NCBI GenBank assembly: GCA_038321985.1
Contig: JBBQFN010000001.1
Coordinates: 320,001-384,000, forward strand
Direction: 5' to 3'
DNA: 64,000 nt
Source: Cyanophyceae cyanobacterium
GTDB taxonomy: Bacteria; Cyanobacteriota; Cyanobacteriia; Cyanobacteriales; Laspinemataceae
Below, in pieces: positions 11,147 to 22,206 of the stretch; the stretch's first letter is position 1; the number at the start of each line of letters is the position of its first letter. The position numbers were made by a program, and so were the translations under genes. The notes under the pieces are model-generated. The model was not told the DNA's origin. It saw nothing but the letters and a program-made list of their open reading frames with translations, and made no database searches.

Positions 11147-11428
11147 ATGAGTTCTTGTCCTTGTTGCTCTTATCCACTTTTGCGTCATATTCGGCATAAC
11201 CAGATGGATTGGTTCTGCCAGCATTGCTGGCAATTCATGCCTAATTTTTCCCATCGCATCGGTTCGCGGGCTAACCTTACGGACTTTTCCAATCAAGGAG
11301 AGGTGATTTCCTCTGATACCGGATGGAACCGCGAACTCGATCGCCATCCCCACGTGGTTAGTTTGTCTGACTCTAATCGATTTAAAAATGCCAAGACAAG
11401 CCCTGAGAAAAGTCGCCTGCTTGTCTAA
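11147..11428 (+). CDS. Small Cys-rich putative zinc-ribbon protein
   Basis: CPCC..LLRHIR....WFCQHCWQ.MP pattern seen in small cyanobacterial proteins. Confidence 0.65.
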   Translation: MSSCPCCSYPLLRHIRHNQMDWFCQHCWQFMPNFSHRIGSRANLTDFSNQGEVISSDTGWNRELDRHPHVVSLSDSNRFKNAKTSPEKSRLLV

Positions 11429-11578
11429 AGCGGGATGGTTTATAAAAATTATTTTTGCTGAATTGGTGAAAGGGGTACTCGGGAATTTTAAGGAATAAAA
11501 CTTGCTATTTTCTGATAATCCTCCCGAGCTGTGGCTCAACCTTCCCTTCAATCAGATTTACTACTAGCATCAGGATTT

Positions 11579-11956
11579 TCATTTATTCCATTGTAAAATT
11601 TTTCGGACATCATCAGCTAAACTTTCTGCCTTAAACGGCTTAAGAATTGCCCCAGCGCCGCCTAATTCTATCAGTTCTTTTTGTTCCCGAATTTGGGCTT
11701 TCGCGGTCAACCAAATCGTAGGAATGCTGGAGGTGTTTGCATGGCTCTTTAATTCCCGAAATGTACTAGGACCGTCCATTTCTGGCATCATGACGTCCAG
11801 TAAAATGGCATCGGGTTGTTCCGCTTGAGCTAGGGCAATACCTTCCCGTCCCGAACTGGCTGTAAAGACCTCCCATCCGGCCACGACTTCCAAGGAAAAT
11901 TGAATAATTTCCCGTAAGCCATCTTCGTCATCAATCACTAAAATTCGTTTGCTCAT
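11579..11956 (-). CDS. Single-domain response regulator (CheY-like)
   Basis: ILVIDDE, LLDVMMP, LTAK and KPF motifs. True start is probably ATG 11956 (MSKRIL), overlapping the kinase stop. Confidence 0.92.
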   Translation of the reverse strand: MSKRILVIDDEDGLREIIQFSLEVVAGWEVFTASSGREGIALAQAEQPDAILLDVMMPEMDGPSTFRELKSHANTSSIPTIWLTAKAQIREQKELIELGGAGAILKPFKAESLADDVRKILQWNK

Positions 11957-14900
11957 TGCTGCCTTCCTCTTTAGGGGTTTTAGTTGGGGTTTCAGGCAAG
12001 GTGAAATAAAAGGTACTCCCTTGATTGACAATGCTTTCTACCCAAATTCTACCCCCATGTTGCTGGATGATACTGCGGCAAATTGCCAAGCCTAATCCCG
12101 TGCCTCCTTTTTTCCGAGAATCCGAAGCATCAACTTGATGGAATCGTTCAAAGATACTTTCCATTTTATTTTCAGGAATGCCGCGACCTTGATCTTTAAC
12201 CGCAAATAAAATTAGGGAGGGAGAGGCTTCCGCATCGCCGAGTTCCAGATAGTTATGGGCAAGGGTTCGGGCTTGTACGGAAATCCATACCGTCGAAGAG
12301 GGGGGAGAGAATTTGATGGCATTGCTCAACAAATTGGTCAGGACTTGAATGATGCGATCGCCATCCCCAAACAACTCCAAGCTAGGACTACATTCGATAA
12401 TAAACGTAATTTCCGCTCGGTTTGCCATAACTTGCATCGTTTCGATCGCCTTTTCAATCAAGTCTCCGGGGTAGTACCGTTCCCTGACTAGGGCAATTTT
12501 TCCCGAGGTTAACCGCTCTAAATCTAGAATATCATTGACCAAGCGTACGAGGCGATCGGAGCTGTCAGCGGCGATCGAAAGGACCCGCTTCCCTTTCTCC
12601 CCCGTCGGTTCAATCAACCCACTGGATATCAAGTTTAACGCCCCGTGAATTGAGGCTAAGGGGGTGCGGAGTTCATGACTGACCACGGAAATAAACTCAT
12701 CCTTCATCCGTTCGATCGCATCTCGTTCCGTAATATCTTCTCCGATACTGAGCGTACCAATTTCTACCCCACGCAAATCATGCAACACGGTATTATTCCA
12801 AACAATAATTTTCTCCTGTCCAGACCGGGTAACAATGATACTGTGAGTGTGGGAATAAAAATCCGGAGTTCGTAACCCGTATAACTCCTCAGAGTGCCTG
12901 CGCTGTTGATGGGTGGGAATAAACAGTTCAAACCAATCTTTGCCCTGAATTTCATAAAGGGCGTATCCCACCAACTCTAGGAAAAAGGGATTGGCATATT
13001 CTATTTGACCCTGATAGTCGAGTCCGACTACGGCTAAATGCACCGTTTCCAGCAACGTGCGCCACCGTCGTTCCGATTCTCGTATCGTTGCCTCAATTTC
13101 CTTTTGTTTCGTGATGTCTCGGGCAATACTCGAAAACATGGTCACCGCCCCCTCCAGGGATTTATGGGCGATAATCAACTCCGAGAGGGTAATTTCCACA
13201 CCCTCTGGGGTCACTAGGGCAGTTTCCCCGATCCAGGTGCCTTGGGCGATCGCCGTAGGAATCCCCTCATTCCGCATGATGTCGTGCGCCCACCCGGCAT
13301 GAGAGCGAAAAATCTGGAATGTTTCTAAAGGGCACTCCGGCGCGACTCCCAGAATCGTTCGCGCCGCCTTGTTCAAATAGAAAACCTTGCCATCCACACT
13401 CGCCGACAGAATGAAATCGGGAGTCGCCTCCAAAATTTCGATTAACTTCGCCCGTTCGGCTTCGGCACGTTTGCGTTCGGTAATATCGCGCAAACACAGA
13501 GTAAACACTTGTTCCCCGGCAATTTCGACTTCGGAAATGGAGACTTCCCCAGGAAACTCCGTCCCATCTTGACGAAGGCCAATAATTTCCCCGTATTGGT
13601 CCATGATCCGGGCCAGGTTATCTGAGCATCCCCATCCACTCCCAGAATATTCCCCTCTTCCCTCTAAACCCAAGGGCAATAACCCCTCTAGGGCTTCCCC
13701 CAGCACTTCAGCGGCACTATAACCAAATATCTTTTCTGCGGCTTGATTAAACAGAGTAATCCGTTGGTTGCCATCAATAGAGATAATCGCATCCCCAGCC
13801 AATTCCAGAATGGCCGCAATGCGTGCACGCGACGAGTGTAATTCCTCCCGGGCTCGTTTGCGCGCAGTAATATCTTGAATCTGGGCAATTAAATAGAGGG
13901 GACATTCTAGGGAATCCCGGACTAAAGAGGCACTCAACTGGATCCAAACAACCTGTCCCTGTTTGTGGAGGTAGCGCTTCTCCGTCTGATAGGAAGGAAT
14001 CTCCCCGGTGAGTAAATTTTGAAGGGAATGGTGATCCGTGTGCTGATCCTCGGGATGGGTGACGTCATTAAATGTTTTTTGTAGCAATTCGGACTCGCCA
14101 TAGCCGAGAATTTCGCATAAGGCGCGATTAACTTTTAGCCAATGTCCATCGGGTCCTACTAGGGCCATGCCAATTGTGGCATAGTCAAAGGCATTCCGAA
14201 AGCGAGCTTCACTTTCGAGTAAGGCGACTTGAGCTTCGCTGCGATCGCTGACGTCAAGGACCAAAGACAAGACGGAAATTAGCTCGCCCGTTGGGGCGAA
14301 CAGCGCTGAATAATACCATTCGCAATCAATCACCCGTCCATCTTTGGTGTAGTTGCGATTGCAGCAGACATTTCGCGGTTCTTCTCCAGAAACGAGCAGA
14401 TTTCGATGCTGAGTAACGGCTTCGAGGTCCGCTTCATAAATCAATGAACAGTCCTGATCCGATTTGCCGAATACTTCCGAGGCTTGCCAACCAAATATTT
14501 TTTCGGCTTGGGGGGACCAATTTAAAATCTGCCATTCCCGGTTCCATTCGATAACAGCTAGGGGAGTATTTTTGACGTGAAACTGCAAGCGCTGATAGGC
14601 TCGTTGTAAGACTTGTTCCACGCGCTGTCGGAGTTGCAGTTCGTTCTCAAGGCGTTCGTTGGCTTTCCGCAATTGTTCGGTACGGGCTCTAACTTGGGTT
14701 TCAAGTTCTTGCTTGGCTTGTTGTAAGGCTTGCTGTGCTCGTTTGCGTTCGGTGGTGTCTCGGAAAAAAATCGAGAGTCCCTCTTTGGCGGGGTAGATGT
14801 AGTTTTCAAACCAGCAATCGTAGGGCGGATAATATTCTTCTAGGTAAATAGAGATTTGTTTTTCTAGGGCTTGAGCGCAGGCTTGATAAAATTGGGGGCG

Positions 14901-16646
14901 GGTCACTTCGGGAAATTCTACGGAGATTTTCTGGCCGATGAGGTCTTCCCGGCGCTTTTGTAGGAGTTGGGCAGCTTTTTTATTGACGTAGGTGTACTGT
15001 CCCTGGGTATCGAGGGCGATAAAGGCATCGGTAATGCTTTCTAAGATGTTGGAGATTTGCTCTCCTGCGAGTTGGGCGGCGGTATGGGCGACTCGTTCGG
15101 TGGCGAGGAGGTGTTGAATTTGGACTTCCGCCCGCTTGCGATCGCTAATATTCATGACGATACCGATGGTTCCCAGGGGTTGGCCGGTTTCGTCCCAGAA
15201 GGCGTTCCCCCGGGTTTTGAGCCAGTGAATGCTGCGATTGGGCCAAATCACGCGATATTCAATCTCGAAGGGTTGCCCGAGGGCGATCGCATCTTCGACG
15301 GTTTGATGGACTATGGTGCGGTCTAGAGGATGAATGCAGGCTTCAAAGGCGGCGTAGGTGTTGTCAAAGGTAGTCGGATTGATGCCGAACAGTTGCAGAC
15401 ATTCTAGGGAACAGATTACTCTGATGCGACTGCCACGGGTGCGATCGCGGGTAAATTCCCATTGCCAAGTTCCCATGTTGGACGCTTGCAGGGCAAGGCG
15501 CAATTTTTCTTCACTTCCCCTCAAGGCGGATTCAGCTAAGGCGTGATGGTGCTGTCGTTGCAGGGCGATGATGCCGTAAGCCAGGTTATGAGTGAGTTCG
15601 ATGAGTAGCTGCACTTCGTCCACATCGAAGGCATCGGGTTGGGTGGCATAGAGATTGAGGGTCCCAAAAACCTGCCCTTCATTGAGCAACGGCAGGGCGA
15701 TCGCGCAAGTATAACTCCCTTCCCCGACTTCCAATTCCCAGGGGGCACTCTCTATGGGGGTATAAGGGTTTTGACCCCGGCCCGGTAAGCCGGTTCGCAG
15801 CCCCGGGACCCGGGGTGATAATCCTGACCCCGAACGGGGGATGATTTGACCGGACTGGACTGCTTCTTCCAGGTTCTCTCCTGCTTGGGCAACGGGAATT
15901 ACCCGTTTCGGGTCGTCTTCGGCGACATATCCCACCCAAGCCGATTTATACCCCCCGATCGCGGTCATCATTTCGCAGATTTGCTGCAATACGTCCAGTT
16001 CTTCTTTGCCGTGAATAATAATATGGTTGCCGGCACTAAGGGCGCTCAAAGCCCGTTTTTGCTGGCGCAATTGAGTTTCTAGGGCAACGCGCTGGTCAAT
16101 GTTGAGCAGGGTCCCCACGGCCCGGACTGCTTGGTTACCGTCGCTGTAGAAAAATTTACCTTGGCTCTGTAGCCAGTGGGTGCTACGATCTGGCCAGATT
16201 ACCCGAAATTTTAGGTAGTAATCCCCAGACCCCTGGTGAGGGTTGCTGAGGTTCTGGGCGATCGCACCTCGATCATCAGGATGGATGCAGGCAAACAAGG
16301 CAGCAGAAGTCCCGTTAAAGCTGCCCGGATCTCGACCCCATAACAGTTCATAACCTGGGGTTCCCGTGATGCGATCGCTGGGTAGATCCCATTCAAAAAT
16401 TGCCATTTGCGCCACATCCAAAGCCAGGGTTAGCCATTTTTCTGGGTGACTCAGGGTCTCATCTGGCGACTCTGGGGGCGCGTCATCTGGACTCTGGAGA
16501 AATAATGGGTCAGCGCTTCTGGGGGAGGGTTCTGGACTTTGAATCTCCTGCAATTGGAGTTCTGCCCAGTTTAGTTTTTGCCGCAGTTCTTCAATTTCGC
16601 GGATTAACTCTTGCCTCGGTTGATTAGCCCAATTTTTAATGCTCAT
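11931..16646 (-). CDS. Multi-PAS/PAC + GAF sensor histidine kinase
   Basis: Repeated PAS/PAC units (CIHPDD, DITERK), a GAF segment (IALPL..EGQVFGTLNLY), H-box SHELRTPL, NLLSNAIKF, DQGRGI and GGTGLGL. Confidence 0.95.
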   Translation of the reverse strand: MSIKNWANQPRQELIREIEELRQKLNWAELQLQEIQSPEPSPRSADPLFLQSPDDAPPESPDETLSHPEKWLTLALDVAQMAIFEWDLPSDRITGTPGYELLWGRDPGSFNGTSAALFACIHPDDRGAIAQNLSNPHQGSGDYYLKFRVIWPDRSTHWLQSQGKFFYSDGNQAVRAVGTLLNIDQRVALETQLRQQKRALSALSAGNHIIIHGKEELDVLQQICEMMTAIGGYKSAWVGYVAEDDPKRVIPVAQAGENLEEAVQSGQIIPRSGSGLSPRVPGLRTGLPGRGQNPYTPIESAPWELEVGEGSYTCAIALPLLNEGQVFGTLNLYATQPDAFDVDEVQLLIELTHNLAYGIIALQRQHHHALAESALRGSEEKLRLALQASNMGTWQWEFTRDRTRGSRIRVICSLECLQLFGINPTTFDNTYAAFEACIHPLDRTIVHQTVEDAIALGQPFEIEYRVIWPNRSIHWLKTRGNAFWDETGQPLGTIGIVMNISDRKRAEVQIQHLLATERVAHTAAQLAGEQISNILESITDAFIALDTQGQYTYVNKKAAQLLQKRREDLIGQKISVEFPEVTRPQFYQACAQALEKQISIYLEEYYPPYDCWFENYIYPAKEGLSIFFRDTTERKRAQQALQQAKQELETQVRARTEQLRKANERLENELQLRQRVEQVLQRAYQRLQFHVKNTPLAVIEWNREWQILNWSPQAEKIFGWQASEVFGKSDQDCSLIYEADLEAVTQHRNLLVSGEEPRNVCCNRNYTKDGRVIDCEWYYSALFAPTGELISVLSLVLDVSDRSEAQVALLESEARFRNAFDYATIGMALVGPDGHWLKVNRALCEILGYGESELLQKTFNDVTHPEDQHTDHHSLQNLLTGEIPSYQTEKRYLHKQGQVVWIQLSASLVRDSLECPLYLIAQIQDITARKRAREELHSSRARIAAILELAGDAIISIDGNQRITLFNQAAEKIFGYSAAEVLGEALEGLLPLGLEGRGEYSGSGWGCSDNLARIMDQYGEIIGLRQDGTEFPGEVSISEVEIAGEQVFTLCLRDITERKRAEAERAKLIEILEATPDFILSASVDGKVFYLNKAARTILGVAPECPLETFQIFRSHAGWAHDIMRNEGIPTAIAQGTWIGETALVTPEGVEITLSELIIAHKSLEGAVTMFSSIARDITKQKEIEATIRESERRWRTLLETVHLAVVGLDYQGQIEYANPFFLELVGYALYEIQGKDWFELFIPTHQQRRHSEELYGLRTPDFYSHTHSIIVTRSGQEKIIVWNNTVLHDLRGVEIGTLSIGEDITERDAIERMKDEFISVVSHELRTPLASIHGALNLISSGLIEPTGEKGKRVLSIAADSSDRLVRLVNDILDLERLTSGKIALVRERYYPGDLIEKAIETMQVMANRAEITFIIECSPSLELFGDGDRIIQVLTNLLSNAIKFSPPSSTVWISVQARTLAHNYLELGDAEASPSLILFAVKDQGRGIPENKMESIFERFHQVDASDSRKKGGTGLGLAICRSIIQQHGGRIWVESIVNQGSTFYFTLPETPTKTPKEEGSNEQTNFSD

Positions 16647-17524
16647 CTTTCCATCCCTAATTATCGAGCAACAGACGACTTCCCCCTACTGCTTCCATTC
16701 TCACTCCTTGCTCTTGTGAGGGAGGCCCTATCGATTTTTCGTTCCGTTCGCCTTCAGCGTCTCTTCTGATAGAGAATCAAGTTGATCGAGTTCCGATTCT
16801 TCTCGATAGTCGGGTTGGTTTTTGGGCCAAAAATCGGAGAGGGTGTCCTCGGTCATTAAGAACATTATTAGCCAATTTCGCCTCGTCTTGAAGAAGTGCG
16901 AACCCTTTAATTTCCTGGATTTGAATTTTCTCGGCTTCATCCTGGCAACAACCCACTCATTTTGACCGGGTGCGAAACCCAGTCAAGGAGTTAGGTCAAA
17001 AATGCCACAGGGACAAGGCGACTGGTCGATTAAGCTCTTAAATTTGGCTGATATTCCTAAAGTTTGAAGGCGATCGCAACGGGAGAGAGTTCTCCCAATC
17101 ATCCGGTAAATTTTATCTCTACCCTGGCCTTAACTGGGAAAGCATCAAGCCATCCGGGCTAGCTTAAACTCCGGTAATCTAGGGTTGTTATCGGTGCGTC
17201 TTCTTCCTGACCCACTTCCCAGATTTGACTGCCTCAATTTAAGTAAGCCCCAACTTTTATTCAGTGTTTTAATTATACCCTTCCTCCCTAGTTTTAAAAT
17301 TCATTTTTTAGGGAATTCCACGTTCCCGGAAAGGATTGCTCTATCTTCCTCCGGTCCTAACTTTCTATCCTCTTTCTATCCCCTGTCCAAATCCTGGATT
17401 ATAAATTTAAGTCTTTTCCCGGCTCAAGTCCGGGCAATTGCTGAATTTTCCCGACCCACCCCCTCAAAACCCGCTCTATAATAAAGCTAAAGCCTTCACT
17501 CTATACAAATTCCCTTAAAAGTCC

Positions 17525-18922
17525 ATGTTAGAATTCGTAGAACTCTATAAAAATTTACCGACTCCTCCGCCAAAAACCAAAAAAAAATCCTACCCCTCGC
17601 GACGAAATCGGTTTGATCGCTCCTCTAAAATTGCTATCCCTCCGTTACCCTTAACGATGCGAATCACGAGGCTACTATTGGGCAGCTTTACTTTCTGGTT
17701 AATGGCAACGTTATCCCTTAGTGTAGGGGCAATTTTAGCCGTATTCGATGCCAAAATGACCGTCAATGTCCCTGAATGGCAACTGTCCCCCACCCCAACT
17801 ACTTCCCCATTACCTCCCTTTAAATTATCTCGACCTCTTAACATTTTAATTCTGGGTGTTGAAACAATTAATACCCCAGAAAATGCAGGTCAATTTAGAG
17901 AACAAAGCCCAGCCCAAACCGTTTGGTTAATGCGATTTAACCCCGTTCAAAACTCCGTGAGTGTGTTGTTGGTTCCCCCTCAAACTCGGGTGGAAATCCC
18001 CGATCGCGGACGGAATCAGATCGCCCGTGCTCACACCATTGGCGGCGTCACTCTCACCTCCCGAGTCCTCAGTCAAACTCTCAATTCCATCCCCATTGAC
18101 CGCTATATTCGTGCTGATGCTGCCACTTTTCGCAGCTTTATCGATTTGCTTGGGGGGGTAGAATTATTCGTTCCTGAAGCCCTCTCTTATCGCGATTCAA
18201 CCCAGGCGATCGCTGTAGACTTACAACCGGGTTGGCAAACCTTAAAAGGAGAGGAAACCCTCGGTTTTGCTCGCTCCCAGAAAGACTCTGAAGATCACAG
18301 CGCTATCCACCGAGAGCAACTGATTCTACAATCCGTAGGCGATCGCCTTGCCAGTCCCAGTCTCTTACCCCAATTGCCGCGAATCGTGCAACTGATGCAC
18401 GAATATATCGATACCAATCTCACCCTTGAAGAAACTTTCGCCTTAGTCAATTTCCTCCAACAGCAGTTGCCCGATGGGTTGAAAATGGTCCTACTCCCTG
18501 GGGAATTTACCCCCACCCGATCGGTCCCTAGTCCCTCTTGGACTATCGACCCTACCGGACGAGATCGGGTGATGTACTACTATTTTGAAAGGGAACTGAA
18601 CTCCGGAAATCAACGCAATCGCGCTACTACTGCCCAGTCTCCCCACAACTTAAAAATTGCCCTTCAAAATGCTTCCGGTAATCCTTTAATTCTAGGAAAA
18701 ATTTTGAATGATTTAAAAGCCCATGGATATCAAAATGTTTATGCAATTACCGACTCACTAGATATCAAACGGCGTAGTCAAATTATTGTCCAAGCCGGAG
18801 ATAGGGAGGCAGCCCAGACGTTACAGAAACTCTTACCTATCGCTCAAATTCAATCTAGTTCTCTCGGCGACTTAAACTCTGAACTTACTCTCATTATTGG
18901 GGAAGATTTTGTTGATTTTTAA
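17525..18922 (+). CDS. LCP (LytR-CpsA-Psr) family protein with LytR_C domain, degenerate active site
   Basis: TM anchor, NILILG, IDLLGGV, DLQPGWQTL.GE and IDTNLT; C-terminal IALQNASG...LTLIIGEDF. Start uncertain. Confidence 0.85.
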   Translation: MLEFVELYKNLPTPPPKTKKKSYPSRRNRFDRSSKIAIPPLPLTMRITRLLLGSFTFWLMATLSLSVGAILAVFDAKMTVNVPEWQLSPTPTTSPLPPFKLSRPLNILILGVETINTPENAGQFREQSPAQTVWLMRFNPVQNSVSVLLVPPQTRVEIPDRGRNQIARAHTIGGVTLTSRVLSQTLNSIPIDRYIRADAATFRSFIDLLGGVELFVPEALSYRDSTQAIAVDLQPGWQTLKGEETLGFARSQKDSEDHSAIHREQLILQSVGDRLASPSLLPQLPRIVQLMHEYIDTNLTLEETFALVNFLQQQLPDGLKMVLLPGEFTPTRSVPSPSWTIDPTGRDRVMYYYFERELNSGNQRNRATTAQSPHNLKIALQNASGNPLILGKILNDLKAHGYQNVYAITDSLDIKRRSQIIVQAGDREAAQTLQKLLPIAQIQSSSLGDLNSELTLIIGEDFVDF

Positions 18923-19294
18923 AATAAAATTGGGTAAAATAAAGTCAGTTTATGGATTTTTTCAACACTATTAAAAACCATGTTAAAGCGCCTATTCCTC
19001 CTAACACTGGCCGGAATTCTAGCCTGGGTCTGGATTCTTTTAACGGCCCAAGAAGCGATCGGCCTCACGTTGGGAGTGACGAGTTTAATCGTTTTTTAAG
19101 GTTGTTGTGTTGTCGCCGCTACAATATCTCAGTTAAGACCAATCCACAGACGCCAGCAAGTCTTAATCCAAGGGGGGAGAAGGATGCAATATTTCAGTTA
19201 AGACGAACCCGGAAACAACTACAGCCGTGACACTGAACAATGGGTACATATCTTGTCAGCGCGGTTCTTTAAATTATTCGGGAGACTCCTGCTT

Positions 19295-20011
19295 TCAGGC
19301 GGTGTTTCTCCAACTTTGGGAGACTGAGGTAAAGGAGGTAAAAACATCCCAGTTTTGAATATCTTGCAGGATTGATTGATAACCTGCTACATTAGGGTGT
19401 AGACCGTCATCGCATAAATGCGATTGCCTCCATCCTTCACCGCGATCGCGCCATAACTCAAATAAGTCTAAATACGGAATCTGCCTCTGTTCGCACTCTT
19501 GTCTTGCCACTTCTTTGTAGCGAGACTGGTCTGCCTGGTTAAAATAAAGGCACTCTGAAAAAGGCATCTGAGTCTCATTCACCGGCACCATGCCCACAAA
19601 AAAGACTGGACAGAGTGCTTGGGCGCAATCGAGGAGTTGGGCAATTTCTGCGGTGAAAGTGCTAAATTCGGTAAAATTGCGTCCGTTGGGGCGTCCTAAT
19701 CGGGCGGTATCATTCACGCCCACCGAAAGAACGATGGCATCGGGTACGCGATTTTTCAGTTCTCCACGATAGCGAAACTCGCTTTCGAGTCGTTCAGAGA
19801 CTTGGGAAACGCGATCGCCTCGGACGCCCAGATTGTACAGTACATGACCCCCGCTTTCGGGCATCATCCACTCCCGTCTGAGTCGTTCAACCCAACCCCC
19901 TCCCACAGGATCGCCAAATCCATAAACGAGACTGTCTCCGAGGGCTACTATTTTCAGAGGATGCACGGTTGCGTGATAGGAACGGTTAGAAGATGCTGCT
20001 AAAACTTGCAT
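19295..20011 (-). CDS. SGNH/GDSL hydrolase
   Basis: GDSL, NLGVRG, GVND and DGLHP blocks. Confidence 0.92.
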   Translation of the reverse strand: MQVLAASSNRSYHATVHPLKIVALGDSLVYGFGDPVGGGWVERLRREWMMPESGGHVLYNLGVRGDRVSQVSERLESEFRYRGELKNRVPDAIVLSVGVNDTARLGRPNGRNFTEFSTFTAEIAQLLDCAQALCPVFFVGMVPVNETQMPFSECLYFNQADQSRYKEVARQECEQRQIPYLDLFELWRDRGEGWRQSHLCDDGLHPNVAGYQSILQDIQNWDVFTSFTSVSQSWRNTA

Positions 20012-20190
20012 AAGCGATGGGACCCCGTACTTATAAAATCTTTACACATCGATAACAATCTACATCATTGGCTAAAATTAACATAATTACCTAAAGGTAC
20101 AAAACCATGAATAGTGGATCGGGCAATCCGGAGAAAAGCAAGCGTTCCGGCTTCAGTACAGACAAAATCGAAAGTTTTTCGAGGAGAGCA

Positions 20191-20427
20191 TTGTTTGCCT
20201 CCCACAAGCGAGCTACCATCGATACAGAGCATTTGATGCGTCGCGCTGAGGACTTAGTGAGTGCCGCCTCCAATCGCTACCGGATCACGGTCCAAGTTGC
20301 TAATCGTGCCAAGCGTCGCCGCTACGAAGATTTCGACAGCATGGAAGAACCGACAATGAAACCCGTGATTCGGGCGATCGTCGAAATGTCAGATGAACTC
20401 GCGCAACCGGAAATTATCGGCGATTAA
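20191..20427 (+). CDS. rpoZ: RNA polymerase omega subunit
   Basis: [27 protein letters not shown]...[20 protein letters not shown] precedes TTG 20191, so the 20107 start is probably too early. Confidence 0.9.
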   Translation: MFASHKRATIDTEHLMRRAEDLVSAASNRYRITVQVANRAKRRRYEDFDSMEEPTMKPVIRAIVEMSDELAQPEIIGD

Positions 20428-20447
20428 TAGGCTTTGACGGGGGTTTC

Positions 20448-21107
20448 ATGGGTTTCGTGGCAGGAATACGAAAGATGATGCAATTGCAGCGCAAAGGGGC
20501 AGCGACTGCCCTGATCGGGGTCGGATTAATTCTAGGTCTATTCCTAGGAATACCTCACCAGGGGGGTGTACGGGAAACTCTGCCCAGGGCTGTCGCCCAA
20601 GAGGTTCCCCCCCCTGAAAGTAGCCCCGGAAGAGACCCCCGGCAACGGTGGCGGCAAGTCTACGAACGCCTGCCCGATTTTCCCTTAGCAAATACCTACA
20701 TTAGCACCCAGACGGGAGAGGTGGACCTGGATAACACCTTGGCAAATCGGTTAATTTCCTATCATCTGTATGTCAAAAATCGTCTGCCGATATTTCGTCT
20801 CGATTGGAAGTTGACCCTAGCTGACTATCTCGGTGTTAACGAACCCCTAACCGAAAATACCTATCCGGGAAATGGGGTTTTGCAAACCAATCCCATGGCA
20901 AGCGATCGCGAGATCCTCTCTCAACTCAACCGCCAACAACGGGAGGAGTTAATCGAAGTTCTCGTTACCCTATTTAATCCCAACTACCACAACATCCAAG
21001 GGCCAACCCCACGGACAACGGAAAGAGAAACCCCCTCATCCCCTAGAACTCCGGCAGGTCCTCCACCTCTGCCCGAATCGGGGGATGCCGATTTACTGCG
21101 ATTGTAA
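20448..21107 (+). CDS. Conserved cyanobacterial exported protein
   Basis: Signal/TM segment, VYERLPDFPL.N.Y and RLDWKLTLADYLG, Pro-rich tail. Confidence 0.75.
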   Translation: MGFVAGIRKMMQLQRKGAATALIGVGLILGLFLGIPHQGGVRETLPRAVAQEVPPPESSPGRDPRQRWRQVYERLPDFPLANTYISTQTGEVDLDNTLANRLISYHLYVKNRLPIFRLDWKLTLADYLGVNEPLTENTYPGNGVLQTNPMASDREILSQLNRQQREELIEVLVTLFNPNYHNIQGPTPRTTERETPSSPRTPAGPPPLPESGDADLLRL

Positions 21108-21122
21108 AGAAAAACTGCCTGG

Positions 21123-21512
21123 ATGTCTCCTGAAACAATTCCTAATTCAGAACGACGGATTAAAACTGGGGCCGGATGGCGCATCGGCTGGGACCCCCAA
21201 GCCCAACTCTATCCGGGTTTGGTGGGGGGAGATGATTGGGGCGTCGAGTTAACCGAAGGCGAGTTCAACGACTTTTGTCGATTATTGGCCCAACTAGCAA
21301 CGACGATGAATCAAATGGCATCGGAGTTGATGGACTCGGAACGGATCGCTTGTGAAGCCGAAAGCGATGTCCTGTGGATGGAGGTCGAAGGCTATCCCTC
21401 TGCTTATGGTCTTCATGTTATTCTGAGTACAGGACGGCGTTGCGAGTTTAGTTGGTCTACCTCAGCAGTACCTGGACTCGTTGAGGCGGCACAGTTGTTA
21501 AAAATTTTTTAA
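21123..21512 (+). CDS. DUF1818 family protein
   Basis: G.GWRIGWDP, LVGGDDW.VELT..EF and ELMDSERI.CE.E motifs. Confidence 0.8.
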   Translation: MSPETIPNSERRIKTGAGWRIGWDPQAQLYPGLVGGDDWGVELTEGEFNDFCRLLAQLATTMNQMASELMDSERIACEAESDVLWMEVEGYPSAYGLHVILSTGRRCEFSWSTSAVPGLVEAAQLLKIF

Positions 21513-21562
21513 TCACCCTATTGCGTGGATAAAAAGTTTATGTTAGGATAGTAAAGCGTCGT

Positions 21563-21636
<74 letters not shown>

Positions 21637-21685
21637 CTTAGAAAAACTAAAACCGCAGTTCGGTTTTAGGAAATCAACAGAATAA

Positions 21686-21732
21686 AAGGAACGTCGAGTC
21701 TTCTACCGAGTAGAAATTCGGCGTTCTTTTTT
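21686..21732 (+). terminator. Long hairpin/terminator downstream of the tRNA
   Basis: GAACGTCGA..TTCTAC-CGA-GTAGAA..TCGGCGTTC followed by a T-run. A smaller hairpin CTAAAACCG/CGGTTTTAG lies at ~21647-21669. Confidence 0.55.
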
Positions 21733-22206
21733 GCAGGGAGTCGCCCACCCGAAAGGAGGAAAACTGGGAATTCTGAAGTTGAAAGCACACAAAAGGAACC
21801 AGGCGAAGATAGGATCATCCCTTGTCAATTTTGAACCGCGTTTCAGAATTCCCAGCATTTTCTGGATGTTAGATTATTTCCAGTCTAACGATGGGCTACA
21901 GCTTTGAATTCTATCTAAAGCAGGGAAGTTATGTTAACTTTTCCAGTAGTAATTAATACAAATCAGATAAATAAGGGTTCAAAATAGACTGGATAATTGA
22001 AGTTCTATGGAACCCAAATAGAGGGGGATCTCACTTTACTTTCAATTTTGTTCCCTGTAGATATCTTGCGGGTCTCAAATTTTTTTAATCCTAAAGTCTA
22101 GTTAATAATTATTACTATACCTTGTAGTTGAAAAAATATCTGAATAGAGGGTAGAGAGTATCAATAAAAAAAAGAAAGCTGCTTCCCTTCAGGCCCCCTT
22201 GTTTCT

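Noticed and set aside
20107..20190. N-terminal extension of RpoZ
   Set aside because: Artefact of longest-ORF calling; the RBS and family length favour TTG 20191.
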